Assembly (NCBI GenBank): GCA_951406725.2
Contig: OX597817.1
Location: 115,444,001-115,508,000, forward strand
DNA from: Octopus vulgaris
Lineage: Eukaryota
Direction: 5' to 3'
DNA: 64,000 nucleotides
Position numbers and translations under genes: made by a program. This document shows, in pieces, positions 52,111 through 64,000 of the stretch. Every line of letters begins with the position of its first letter. Within the stretch, counting starts at the first letter, position 1. The notes under the pieces are model-generated. The model was not told the origin of the DNA. It did no database searches and saw only the letters and a program-made list of their open reading frames with translations.

Positions 52111-55100
52111 AGAAAATTAATTACTTTAACCTGCTATGAACTACATGATACTTAATATTTTATAAGTTTTTGTAGAAAAGGCTTATTACCTTTAGATATG
52201 AGCCTGGATGAACAGCATATTTTCTAAGAACATATTAGGCTCGTTTGTCATTGACTTCTACTTACTACATATTTCCCCATCTATGGCTTCACGAACAGCC
52301 TACATGCAGCGTACAACTTCTGGGCACAAGCACTAGCAAGCTAGCTAAGCTAGATTGAGGTTATCAACGAGATTTGAACCGCCAGGAAAATTTTTTAAAA
52401 GCTTGTTACCCTACACATGTAAAAACTGGATAGCTGGCAGACTATGGAATAAAATCCTGTCTGCTGGTGGTCAGTTCTCAAAGTGCAGAAAGACGATATT
52501 CAGCAACACTTGCGACATATGTATAACTCAGTGTACAACAGGACACGTAGACCATCGTGATACTTCTATTACATACTTGGTAAACCTTCTGTCGTCCTAG
52601 TCCTCTTTGTCACTGGCCCAGGAACGCAGAATCAAGATTTTGAGACTTCATCTGCAGCACAGCATCTCCCTCCCATCATAATCCAGCATCAGATCAGCTT
52701 AAGACTCGCACTCTTTCAACATACAATATGACGGCGGACGCTTTGTTTGCGCTGTCACAGTCACGGCATGTCGCGCATGAACAACGAAAAAATATAACTT
52801 CTGTAAATTCTCCTCCCAAAAGCAATGTGTTTTGCAACCGAGAGCAGTGACTGTTCTCAACTCACGTATGTAGAGACATCCCTTGTTGCTAATATCACTT
52901 TAAGGAGCGCTCTCGGTGTCTCAGAACAAGGGCATGGTCTTCGAGAAGCCCCCCCCCCACCACAAAAAAAAACCGAACAAAAACAAAACAAAAAAAATTA
53001 CATAAACAAAGCAGCACGTTTTTTTCAATATCAATTATTTTATTGTATAGGTGTTCAGATATTTTCTCTCTTAGAAATTTCAGTTAGGAGATATTTTCTT
53101 TTGCTGATTTTACAATAATATATGAACGATTTGCCATATTACATGAACTGGTATACTCATGTCATGGTATATTTATTGAGCTAGTATCTAACACTTTTCG
53201 TGGTGTATAGTTTATCATCTATTTCTAGTGTGTATTTAACAATACTAACACATAGATTGTTCACTGTATGAAAGCGCCATCACTGTCAAACATGAATGTA
53301 TATTTACTAATGGTACATATGAGCAGCAAGAACCACCATGATACTAAATCTTCAATTACAGTTTATAGTGTTTCATTAGACGTTAATAGCATGAAACTTC
53401 GTTTTTTGATGTGATTAAGATACTTTAATTTGGTTTCGATTCCGATAGTTCTTGACAAGATTTCATCTACATACACTTCTATTTTACTCTCTCTTCTCCC
53501 ATATTGGCTACATTGAAGGTGGTTCTACCAAAGACAAAAAGAAAAAAAGAGAAAGAAAAGGCTTGAAATTTTGTAATCACGAAACTAGTTCTAATTTACA
53601 AATTTAAATCATTGATCATCTAACCTTTTCACTGCAAACTAGATCTTTGTTTTATATCTGTTGGTTTCGAGCAGAATACAGTTTATATTCTGTTCAGGAA
53701 TTGAAACTATTTGCATGGGCTTCCATTATCGTTAACTAAATGTGTTCATAGTCCTAGAAAGAGTCATTTTTCTTAGTTGTACAAGACACCTATCTCACTA
53801 TATTCCGGGAAAATGTAATAACTTAGTATTTGTAAATTTCAGATTGCTTAATTCCCTTATCGGTTCCTTTTTCTAACAGAATATTTGTGACATTTATTAT
53901 TTCTTCCACTTCGAGATTGCCTTCGCTCGTTTTTCTCCTCCACTGAACGCTTGTATTGTATGTAACAGTATTTATAATAATCATATACAAGATACAACTT
54001 AAAAGAGGGTTGATTATCATCCCAACCCATTTGTTTCCTGATTCAATTTTATTTATCACCAGGCAGAATAGGAGTAAAAAAGGGAGCTCTCTTGGAATAT
54101 TCCTCTTGTAATAGGGACGCATTTCGTTTTATGATTCCCTCCTTTGATTCGGCAGAACTGTTTTCCTTTTATTCATGTCATGTTTGAAGTAAGCGAGATT
54201 GATTTCTCTTTTATTTGTTATTTAGTTATTGGGACATTTGTTTTGCTTTAGAGCTGAACTGCTTGCTTTGTTCAAATAATCTCTGTCGCATTTCATGATG
54301 ACTAACTCCTTGTGATACAATCACCACCCAATAGAATAACATAACCAAAACAACAGAAAGTATACAGAACTACCGGTAACAATATAAAACAATCCACACA
54401 TAACATATTGTAGATCACAGGAATCAAAGGTAGGAAAATTTATAATGCCACGAGGGAATTGCAAGAATCTGTAGTGCTGGGGCATCTGTTCTGATAAAAA
54501 GAAGGTATCTTTAATTTTCTAAAGTATTATGTATGCCGCTTATATTAAATTACAATATTGGTTTTAAGCCCTAAATTTTAAACCGTTGTTTTATTTCGTA
54601 GAAGTACTTAAAAATTTAATCTACAGTGGGTTCCCTTAGATAGTGCGGGCAAATGGTTACTTGTTGAAGTAAATCGGCAGCCAATAAAGAACATGTGGCA
54701 CTCTTACACAATTGTTACCCGATATTATAGACAATACCACAAATCGCCAACTTACTCAAACCATATTCTGCAAAATTGCCTCGGCGTATATTCAATCGCA
54801 GTCCAACTTTACGGAAAACATATAATAGGCAAAGAATACATCAATCGTCACAACACACATTCTTCATAAAAAAAAACAAACACGGATAAAGCGGTATCAT
54901 AAAAACACAGCAGTCATTAAATGATATAATTTATCTCTTTCTGTTGGCATTCTTGTTTTCTTTTCGTGGTTCATTTCATTCAGGGCTAACCGATAATATG
55001 AAGAATTTTCTACTTTCCTCACTACATTCTCTATATTAAATTTGGGGGATTCGATGTCCTTACAGAAAGAAATTCCAGTTGGTATTTCCTTTTATTCGTG

Positions 55101-55375
55101 ACTATTACAAGACGTTTACAACACTCCAGGTCTATCGGAAAGAAATGCTAATCTGATGAGAGACGAGATCAAACTACAAAAGGTATAATAAGAAACGCCA
55201 AGTATAATCATCATAAATTTCATGTTCATAAACCTCAGGATGTGGGCCCTGTACTTGCTCAAACTAACTTTGTAGTTATACCAAGAAGATTCAGAACAAA
55301 CCACCGTTAAACACTACATTTAATAACTGGAGAAAATGCATAAAATACGAAGTGTATAGGCGGGGTAGTTTACTG

Positions 55376-55419
<44 letters not shown>

Positions 55420-55825
55420 TCTATATATAAAACTGAAATGCGTTTTTACCGCTTGGATCGCTTTCAATGCCACTACATCCCGTCCGATTCGCTCCAAAAT
55501 TTACAGGGACATGTAGAATGAGGTGACGATGCTCGTGGGCTACCTTAGAAATCCATAGCTTAAAAGGTGTGGTTGCTAGGGGCCATCTTCCTCACTCACG
55601 CTATTTCCTCATTTCCCTCTCTTACTCCCCTTCTTTAATAACTTTGAGAATGCCACTCTCGTTATTTAATGTATTCCCCCCAACTCCCTTTCACTTTCCC
55701 TTTATAAGTTCGTCAGGCGGCCTTCTTTGATGTATCTGTTTGCTTTTATAGGGAGAATTATCATCGCTACCAACAACACACAATCATGAGAACAAATATT
55801 ATGAATCAGATATTTTTGCGTTCAT

Positions 55826-56035
55826 TTATATGTGTGTGTGTGTGTGTGTTCTATATATAAATATGTATATATAATGTATGTGCGTGTGTGTGTGTGTTCT
55901 ATATATAAATATGTATATATAATGTATGTGTGTGTGTGTGTGTGTGTGTGTTCTATATATAAATATGTATATATATATGTATGTGTGTGTGTGTTCTATA
56001 TATAAATATGTATATATAATGTATATATACAAAGT
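55826..56035. repeat. Minisatellite, ~4 units of (TG)n-ttctatatataaatatgtatatat
   Basis: Direct reading. Confidence 0.85.
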
Positions 56036-56318
56036 GTATATATCTTTATTTATGTATATTAAACTTTTTCATACTTTTTCATAGTTATATATATTTTTAA
56101 ACAAATTATAAATATAATTTAATAATTTTTATTTTCAATTTAAATAATTTAAATTTTTCAATTTTTTATTTTATATATTTCCTATATTATATATTTTTTT
56201 AATGTTTTTGTTTTTGGTTTTTCACTGTTTGATTTGCCTATTAGTGGTTTTATCTCTAATTTAATTTATACAGATATATATCTCATTTGTATATATTTGT
56301 ATATCTAATGTGTGCGCG

Positions 56319-56354
<36 letters not shown>

Positions 56355-56626
56355 CACATATATATATATAATGTGTGCATTACGTAGTCGGTCGATTCAG
56401 CTGAAAATATGCACACCTATGTTAAAAGTACTGGCAAGTTTGCATGACAACTATTTTTTTCCTCAAATGAAAGGCGTCACCTCTAGGACAAAATTCCTCA
56501 TCTTATAAAATGTGGCCCCAGTAGACCCGAATGAAATCGGGTTATATTAACCAAAATGTGAAAAGGGGTCTAAATGGGGCTGGAAGGGATTAAAATTTCA
56601 AGGAGCGGGTGTTTAGGAATTCTCTG

Positions 56627-56890
56627 TTACATCAAGCTAAAAAATTGCGCCAGCCTTTTAATCGTCAATGTGTTGCCGTCCATGATAAAGAAGTTTTGAA
56701 TGCTTGCCATGGTGAGTCTACTGTCGTGAGAAAGAATCACTTCAAAACTTGGTGTTTACGAATTTTCTTTTACATCAAGTTCAAAATTTTACGCCAGTCG
56801 TTAATCTGTCAATACGTTGTTGTCCGTCGTTAAGAAATGCCAGCCATGGTGACTCTACTATCCTCAGATTCTATCCCTTCAAACTTTGGT
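56627..56890. repeat. Diverged ~140-bp tandem duplication
   Basis: ttacatcaag...cgccag...gccatggtga.tctact...cttcaaa..ttggt occurs at 56627 and 56770. Confidence 0.7.
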
Positions 56891-57180
56891 TTCCAATATT
56901 TTATTATTTTTATTCAGCTCGCAAGATCGTCTGTCCCTTTCAAATGTTAGCGTTTTGCTGTCTGCCTTGAAGCAGACCTTTCCATTGCCACTGCCTCATA
57001 TTTCTGATTGATCTTTCTAAATATTTTATTTCTCAACTTACTCAAGATCTTCTGTTGTTTATAAATGGGAGAGAGATAGATAAAGATAGAGAGTAAGAGA
57101 AAGCGAGGGAGAGTCCGAGAGAAAAGAAAAGTAAGAGAGTGGGAAGTGAGAGAGAAAGGAGAGAGAAACAAATACGGAGA

Positions 57181-57492
57181 ATCATCATCATCATCATCGT
57201 TTAACGTCCGTTTTCCGTGCTAGCACGGGTTGGACAGTGTGACCGGGGTCTGGGAAGCCAGGAGGCTGCACCAGGATCCAGTCTGATCTGGCAGTGTTTC
57301 TACAGGTGGATGACCTTCCTAACGCCAACCACTCTGTGAGTGTAGTGGGTGCTTTTTTCGTGCCTCCGGCACAGGTGCCAGGGGAGCTGGCAGCGGCAAC
57401 GATCGGTTGGTGCTTTTTACGTGCCACCGGCACAGAAGCAAGTCAAGGCGGCGCTGCAATTGGCCACGTTCGGATGGTGCTTTTTACGTGCT
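57181..57492 (-). mobile_element. SINE-like retroposon with (GAT)n tail and 3 internal ggtgctttttacgtgccaccggcac-type repeats
   Basis: (CAT)n-cgtttaacgtccg...ggatgaccttcctaacgccaacc; internal repeats at ~57347, 57408 and 57476. Confidence 0.65.
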
Positions 57493-58489
57493 GAAAAGAA
57501 GCAACAGAAAGTAACAACCACACTCTTACCCGCGCGTAGAGCGGGTCACCTTCAGCCAGTATATATATATATATAAGGAAAATAAGACAAGGTGGAAAAT
57601 ACTAAAAGAAATTCATCATGAAGTACATTTTAGTACCGGTTTCCGGCTTTTTAGACTTTTTCAACTAAGAATAAAATAAGAAAAACAATTCAATTGGAGA
57701 AAAATATTAAGTGAAATATTTTGTTGATATTTTCATAGTCTTTCAATAGGTAAGTATTTCCATAGTTTTCAGATACTCTGTCACTCTTTCTATTTCTGGT
57801 AGGTAGGTAGTTAGTAATAAATTTTAATGAATAGTTTGGGTACAGAGAATTGCTGGTTTAAGCAGTAGCAACCGAGGGGGTAGAAGAAGAAATGGAAGAA
57901 GAAGAAAAAAGAAAAAAATAAGAAAAGGAAATAAAAAAGGAGTTAGAATTTTTGCAAATGTGTATAGAATAATATATCAGCTGAATAAAGTTAAAACATT
58001 GTCTGGTTTTCAGGATTTTTAATGGTATTTGAAAAAAAAAATTACAATGTTGAAATATATTAAACACTAAAAAAATATTTTGTAATGTTCATAAAGTTCA
58101 ATTAGCGTTTTCATACGTTTCTTACTAATGATCATATTTCAAAATGCATTTAACTGACAGTTGAGGTCTTGACAACCGTACTAAAATGACTGACTTGTTC
58201 TTTTTTATACCTTCTTATACCTCATAGAGAGCTCCAAGCTGAACTTTTAGACTACGGTTTTGACCAATCCGCTCGCAGATTCACCGGGCGTACCCATTTT
58301 ACTGGCATAGATCGGGCCTTTATTTTCCCCAAATAACTTGCGGTTTACATGTAATGGTTTTATGAGTGAGCAAACTTAGTTGGTTTCGATCGTTTTTTAT
58401 TTCAGTTGGTGGGAGTCATTTGTTTATATTCATATGTTAAAATGTTCTTTTTATCCACATCATTAACTAGTTGTTATAGTATTGTTGTT

Positions 58490-58780
58490 ATTTCCATTCA
58501 GAACAGGTTTCAACAATTTAATTGGTCGTTTTTCTTTTAATTTTCTTCCAACCTCACTTGGATCATGTAGTTTTGGAAAGGAAAAATTATAAATTTTTTC
58601 TGCCCATATGTTCGGTCAACGGAATTGACCGAACATTAGTGTTCTGGATTGGCTGTCTGTGGAAGCGCGAGCCTTCCGATAATGCATTCCCTGCTTCACC
58701 ATTATATAGTTCCTCGCATTTCAGACATTTAATGCTGTAGAGCAAATTTCTGCTTTTGCACTTCATAACTGCATTTGCAA
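58490..58780 (-). pseudogene. Second Penelope-like GIY-YIG endonuclease remnant (absent from ORF track)
   Basis: Manual translation: MKCKSRNLLYSIKCLKCEELYNGEAGNALSEGSRFHRQPI...LTEHM / frameshift / FIIFPF..KLHD...RKLKEKRPIKLLKPVLN. Confidence 0.8.
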
Positions 58781-58872
58781 AAATCTGTCTATTTTTGTTC
58801 TAATGGATCTAGCAGTATGCGTCTATTGCCACGCTCCACATCTGTTATCACTACATTTGGATACTGAGAATG

Positions 58873-58976
<104 letters not shown>

Positions 58977-59059
58977 TTTGGTAAGCATATCTGTTAAGAT
59001 GAGATATCAGTGTTATTCTCATTTTTGCGTAATTTAGACGACATTTTATTGACCGCAAC

Positions 59060-59100
<41 letters not shown>

Positions 59101-59101
<1 letters not shown>

Positions 59102-59507
59102 TAGCAGCATAGCCCGGCGTTGCCTGGGTATGTAAGAGCCCCTAGTAGGCAACGACTAATCCCAATCTAGTTCTTTCCCTCTAGGGAACGAAGGCGCATG
59201 TGTAGGTTGCAATGTCTTCTCTTCATTCTAATACTTCTATGTATACGATGTTCCTAGCTGTCTCCCGACAGAAAATGTGTTGCATATAAAAAGCTTAGAT
59301 TCTCGACCCCATGTCGAATTTATCGATATTTTTCAGAACTGGGGGAACATTTCAAAATTTTCGCTGCGTTAGTTTTGAATTATGACGTTGGGCTATGTGT
59401 GTGTCAAGTTTCATCAGAATCGGTTGAAAGCCGTGGTCAGGGTGAGGGTACAACCTGACAGCCACACAGACACACAGACAGACAAACTGCCGTTTATATA
59501 TAGAGAG

Positions 59508-59508
<1 letters not shown>
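59101..59508 (-). mobile_element. Non-autonomous Helitron (complete ends)
   Basis: Minus-strand 5' TCTCTCTATATATAAAC + gtctgtctgtgtg; ccgattctgatgaaactt motif; 3' hairpin cccaggc-aac-gccggg then CTAG. Between A and T in (TA)n. Confidence 0.85.
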
Positions 59509-59553
<45 letters not shown>

Positions 59554-59904
59554 AGCCCATAGCACTCAAAAGTTCCCTGAATAAATGTTGTTTACGGATG
59601 TTCAACGAAGCACTCGTGTTCCTAGATGTGAATTATCCAAACTCCACAGAATACCTGTCAACACATGATTATGATGATCCCCTACTGCTTCTGCTCGTGA
59701 TCAGAGATGTACATATTATCATCCACAAAGGTAAATGCTCTACTGCTTAAAATCAAACAACTGACAAGGAAATATGTTGTATTAATCAGAATATTTTCTG
59801 TAGTCCATCTTTTATACCAAGACAAAACAACGTACATTATACAACTTTCAGTTAGTTACGATCAGAAACCTTGAGAGCCACTGTCTGGTACTGCATCAGG
59901 GCGT

Positions 59905-59980
59905 TTATTATTATTGTTGTTGTTATCATTATTATTATTATTACTATTATCATCATTACTATTATTATTCTTATCATTTC

Positions 59981-60032
<52 letters not shown>

Positions 60033-60142
60033 ATTATTATCATTATTATTATTATTATTATTATTACTATTACTATTATTATTATTATTATTATTATTAT
60101 TAGTAGTAGTAGTAGTAGTATTGTTGTTGTTGTTGTTGTTAT
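59905..60142. repeat. Compound (TTA/TAG/TTG)n array
   Basis: Direct reading. Confidence 0.95.
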
Positions 60143-60199
60143 TTTCATTTGTATTTTTGTCAATTTTGTTTTCATTTCTTGCTGAATGACACCTACGGC

Positions 60200-60870
60200 T
60201 GAGAAACGTACTGTATACAATGGTAGGCCATTACAACAAACACACTAGATTGCTCATTTACAGAATTACGTGATAGAGAAAAAAATGGAAAGACGGAGAG
60301 AAAAAGGAACATATAAAAAATTGAAAAGTAAGCAAAGAAAATAAAGGGGTAAAAACGAAGGAAAATTCACAGTGACAGAGCTCTTCTCAATCCGTGTGAC
60401 CTACTAGTTAAGACTTTCTTTTGCACTTCCTGCATGGATGGTAATCCAGGGATCATTCTTGAATAACTTTCAGTTTCTTTTTTTATCATTTCAAGTGCTC
60501 CTACTATCACCTACAATAACCGTCTTGGGATGCCACATCTTTTTTATTACGATTAGCAAATTTTTATATTTTCTGATATTTGTTATTTATTACACCTTTT
60601 TGAACCTATAGTTGCTGCATTTCCCTCATGCTATTCAATGTAGGTATTATGCATAAACTCACTTGAAAATATTTTGCATTCCTTCACACAATGAAGCTTC
60701 TTACGTCTTAACGGCATTTTGCCCGCTTTCACGCGCTAAGTTCAAATTCAGCGTGAGTCGCTTGGTTTTTCATCCTCTTGGGCTAGATAAAACTTTCCAA
60801 TTGATCACTGGGATCCATGTAATCGTTTTACTCTTTCCTTCGAACTTATTAACCTTGTGAAAAATTTGAA
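60200..60870 (-). pseudogene. R4/Dong 3' fragment related to 26939-28720
   Basis: Minus strand KMWHPKT..., RMIPGLPSMQEVQKKVLT..SHGLRRALSL* versus KIIPGLPSLQEVLKIVLTGTAHVLRKALSL*. Boundaries approximate. Confidence 0.8.
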
Positions 60871-62379
60871 ACCTTATTATTACTTTTATTATTGCTATTG
60901 ATGTGGCTTATCTCCTAAACCCAACATGTTTTGGAAACACCGTGAGTCTATGCCTTGTTTTCCTAAATGGAAGTTTGAGTTTTGCTGATTTTATTCTTTT
61001 AACGTGTTTTTTATTTGCCTAAGACCATAAGGGACTGATTAACCGTTTCTGTTACTCAGTTTATGGAGCAAATTGATTTAGGAGTGAAAACCTTTCGAAA
61101 CGAAACCTTCAAAATGGTGTCCTCCGTGTCGTCCAGAGAGTAAGGTGAGAGAAGCGTTTGAAGCTGAAACCGTTTTTTTGCAGTCACCAATTATTACAAT
61201 GGGGCATACATATTAGTATTTAATAATTTTAGAAGCATTGGCCCTAGCAAGAAAAGCAATCAAGAACAGTTGTGATTACAGAAACAATGACATGCCAATC
61301 AAATAAGCTTGCAATATCAACAACAGCAACAACGACAACAACAACAGCAAGAATAACAACAACAACATAAAAATAATAATAACAACGGCAACAATAGCTC
61401 CAATATCTCAATGAGAAACAACAAAATCAGTGATCACGATAATGCAATCAACAGCAGCAGTGAAACCTCAGCAATTAATAATTTTCTTTATTTTTTGCTA
61501 AGATAACAAACTTGTTCAATTTCATCCTATTGCGCAATAAACATGAATGTTTAAATGGGGCGCAGAAACACATCAATAGACTAAAACAGAAAATATGCGA
61601 TCAATGTACCACGACACCTTTTGGATAACAACTGAAGTAAAACAATGCTGTATATATGCTTATCTATGAAAAAACACAGATTGGAGCGTATACCTTCAGA
61701 CTAAGTAAGACAATTTAAACAAAATCATTAGATCATGCATCAGTTTTGTGTGTCATGCTCATGCATATAAGTATCTCGCATATATCCAAGATATCTTCCA
61801 TTCGGAAACTTTAGCTTCGAAGTATTTCACCGCCCCACAAAGATTTGAATATTTTATACTTCTTCCTATTTACATAGAACAGAAAGTGAATCGAATAAAA
61901 ATCTTAGATACATCACCCGAAGTAGTAAGTGGTGAAATTTGTAGGTTGGGAAACCATAGCATGATACTAAAAGTAAAAAGATACCGTGATGAAATTTGGG
62001 CGAACCTTGGTACTGTACAATCTATAAGATTTCGTTGCGTTAGAGAAAACGAACGAGAATAGAGATAGTAGAATCTTCGAAAAACGCCTAGAAAAAGATT
62101 TGCAACCGACGTGCTCCGCTAAGATTTGCCCTTCACCCTTTTTTCGACGGGAAGCACGAAGTTTGCATTGTCAGAGATAAGGCACTTACTCACAGACATG
62201 AGAGAACGAAAGCCATTCAATAGACACAAGAACGGCGGAGCAGCGTAGCTGTAATGTTACATGTCATTTTTGTAAACCATAATGGCATTTCAAAAGTGTT
62301 GTATGAAAGTCACCAGCATGAACGAAAAATTATCCTCGTTTCAAACAGATATTTCTTCAGCTGCCTATTGTGGCCATTA

Positions 62380-62760
<381 letters not shown>

Positions 62761-62773
62761 GTTGTTGTTGTAT

Positions 62774-62975
62774 AAGGCGCCAAGCTGGCAGAATCGATAG
62801 CCCACAGGGAAAAATTCTTATCGGCATTTCGTCTGTCCTTAAGTTCTGAGTTCAAATTTCGCTGAGGTCGATTTTACCTTTTATCCTTTCGAGTACCAGT
62901 GACCCACTGGGGTCGATATAATCCACTAGCCTCCTCCCCACAAGTTTCGGGCCGTGTGCCTTTAGTAGACAGGAT
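62774..62975 (+). mobile_element. tRNA-derived SINE with Nin-like domain
   Basis: aaggcgccaagctggcagaatcg...gagttcaaatttcgctgaggtcgattttaccttttatcctttcg. Homologous to 39612-39827. Confidence 0.8.
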
Positions 62976-64000
62976 TATTATTATGATCATCATTGTTATT
63001 AATGAAGCGATCTCTATAGACACATTATACCATCAGGAATCTGCATTGCAGTGTTTCTGAAAAGCCGTTAATTCTGATTTCACATTATATCATGGTCGAC
63101 TTTGCCTTTTTATTCTATCGATGTCCGCAAAATAAAGTATCTTTTAAGTACTGAGCTTGATGCAATCGTCAAACCTTCCTTCTAAACTTGTTTTTATGCC
63201 AAAGTTTCAGCCGGTGTAGCGACAATGTAAATGCTCTATGCTGAGTGTTTACGCAGATTTTCCTTCCTTTTAAAATCCGATCGAGCTCCATATTTCATTT
63301 GAAGTTGCCAGAAACGATAAAATTGATATGAAACAGTTACTGAATTCGATCAAATAGACTATATCCTCTCCAAAATTGTTTGGCATTGTACCACAGTTTG
63401 ATATGATTCTTATTATTAATATTCTCATAGCAATATATATTTGTAATTATAATAAGATTTTCATTACCATTATAACACATTTCCAACCTAATCATTTGAA
63501 CAGATTCGTGTCTTGTGTATTATATGCATAATGACTTTGAAACTGTGACAGACTTTGTGAAAGATTTTTGCGAAATGAATTTATCAACTATATATATATA
63601 TATATATATATATATCAGTTCGTACTTCAGTTGCATGCCAAGCTATTAAATAGTTTTCATTAGTATTGTTCCCCAAGTGCATATGAAGAGGAAGAAAAGT
63701 TCTGGTTTTTCTAAAAATAATTGTCTTTCTGTTATGTCGCACGTTCGGATGACCTCTACTCAACACTACACTACTACTACTCCCCTCTGACTAGTCTACG
63801 GCTGCTAGACTTCTCCCTCTATATAAACGTATTGGGCTAAACTACTTCATCGTCTGGGGGCGTCTACACAACAATTTCTTAGATTATTTCTAAGAATTTT
63901 CCCAGACATATTCCAAGACTTAACCAGGATTTTGACAGGAGGGTTATCAATTAAATCTTTCCTGCATTAAACGTCTGAATTACAAAAATGAAAAATTGAA

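Larger units (their letters stand above)
55419..57560 (+). mobile_element. Composite non-autonomous Helitron-like element with nested repeats
   Basis: 5' TCTATATATAAAA after (TA)n. 3' hairpin acccgc-gcgtaga-gcgggt then CCAG|T (CTAG variant) before (TA)n. Confidence 0.5.

Noticed and set aside
55826-57492. CRISPR-like repeat-spacer pattern
   Set aside because: Eukaryotic context; the units are minisatellite or SINE-internal repeats without regular unique spacers, and there are no cas genes.

Overview
AT-rich eukaryotic repeat-dominated window. The SINE, LINE and microsatellite landscape is most consistent with a coleoid cephalopod such as Octopus (inference, not verified). I could not support any host protein-coding exon; most ORF-track entries are microsatellite artefacts. 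Transposon content: two CR1-group LINE fragments; a decayed L1/Tx1 element preceded by an ORF1-only relative; five R4/Dong RLE LINE copies, four of them at (AAT)n arrays and one near-intact; an RTE fragment; two Tc1/mariner relics; non-autonomous Helitrons; several tRNA-derived SINEs; and Penelope-like (PLE) GIY-YIG remnants. The most unusual signal is a dense set of type-I hammerhead ribozyme (HHR) motifs from several distinct sequence families, read directly from the sequence. They sit in short units next to (TA)n or (CA)n tracts, as long fold-back palindromes or as terminally redundant ~340- and ~484-nt units. This resembles a PLE-driven retrozyme / circular RNA system. All ribozyme folds were made by eye and activity is untested.
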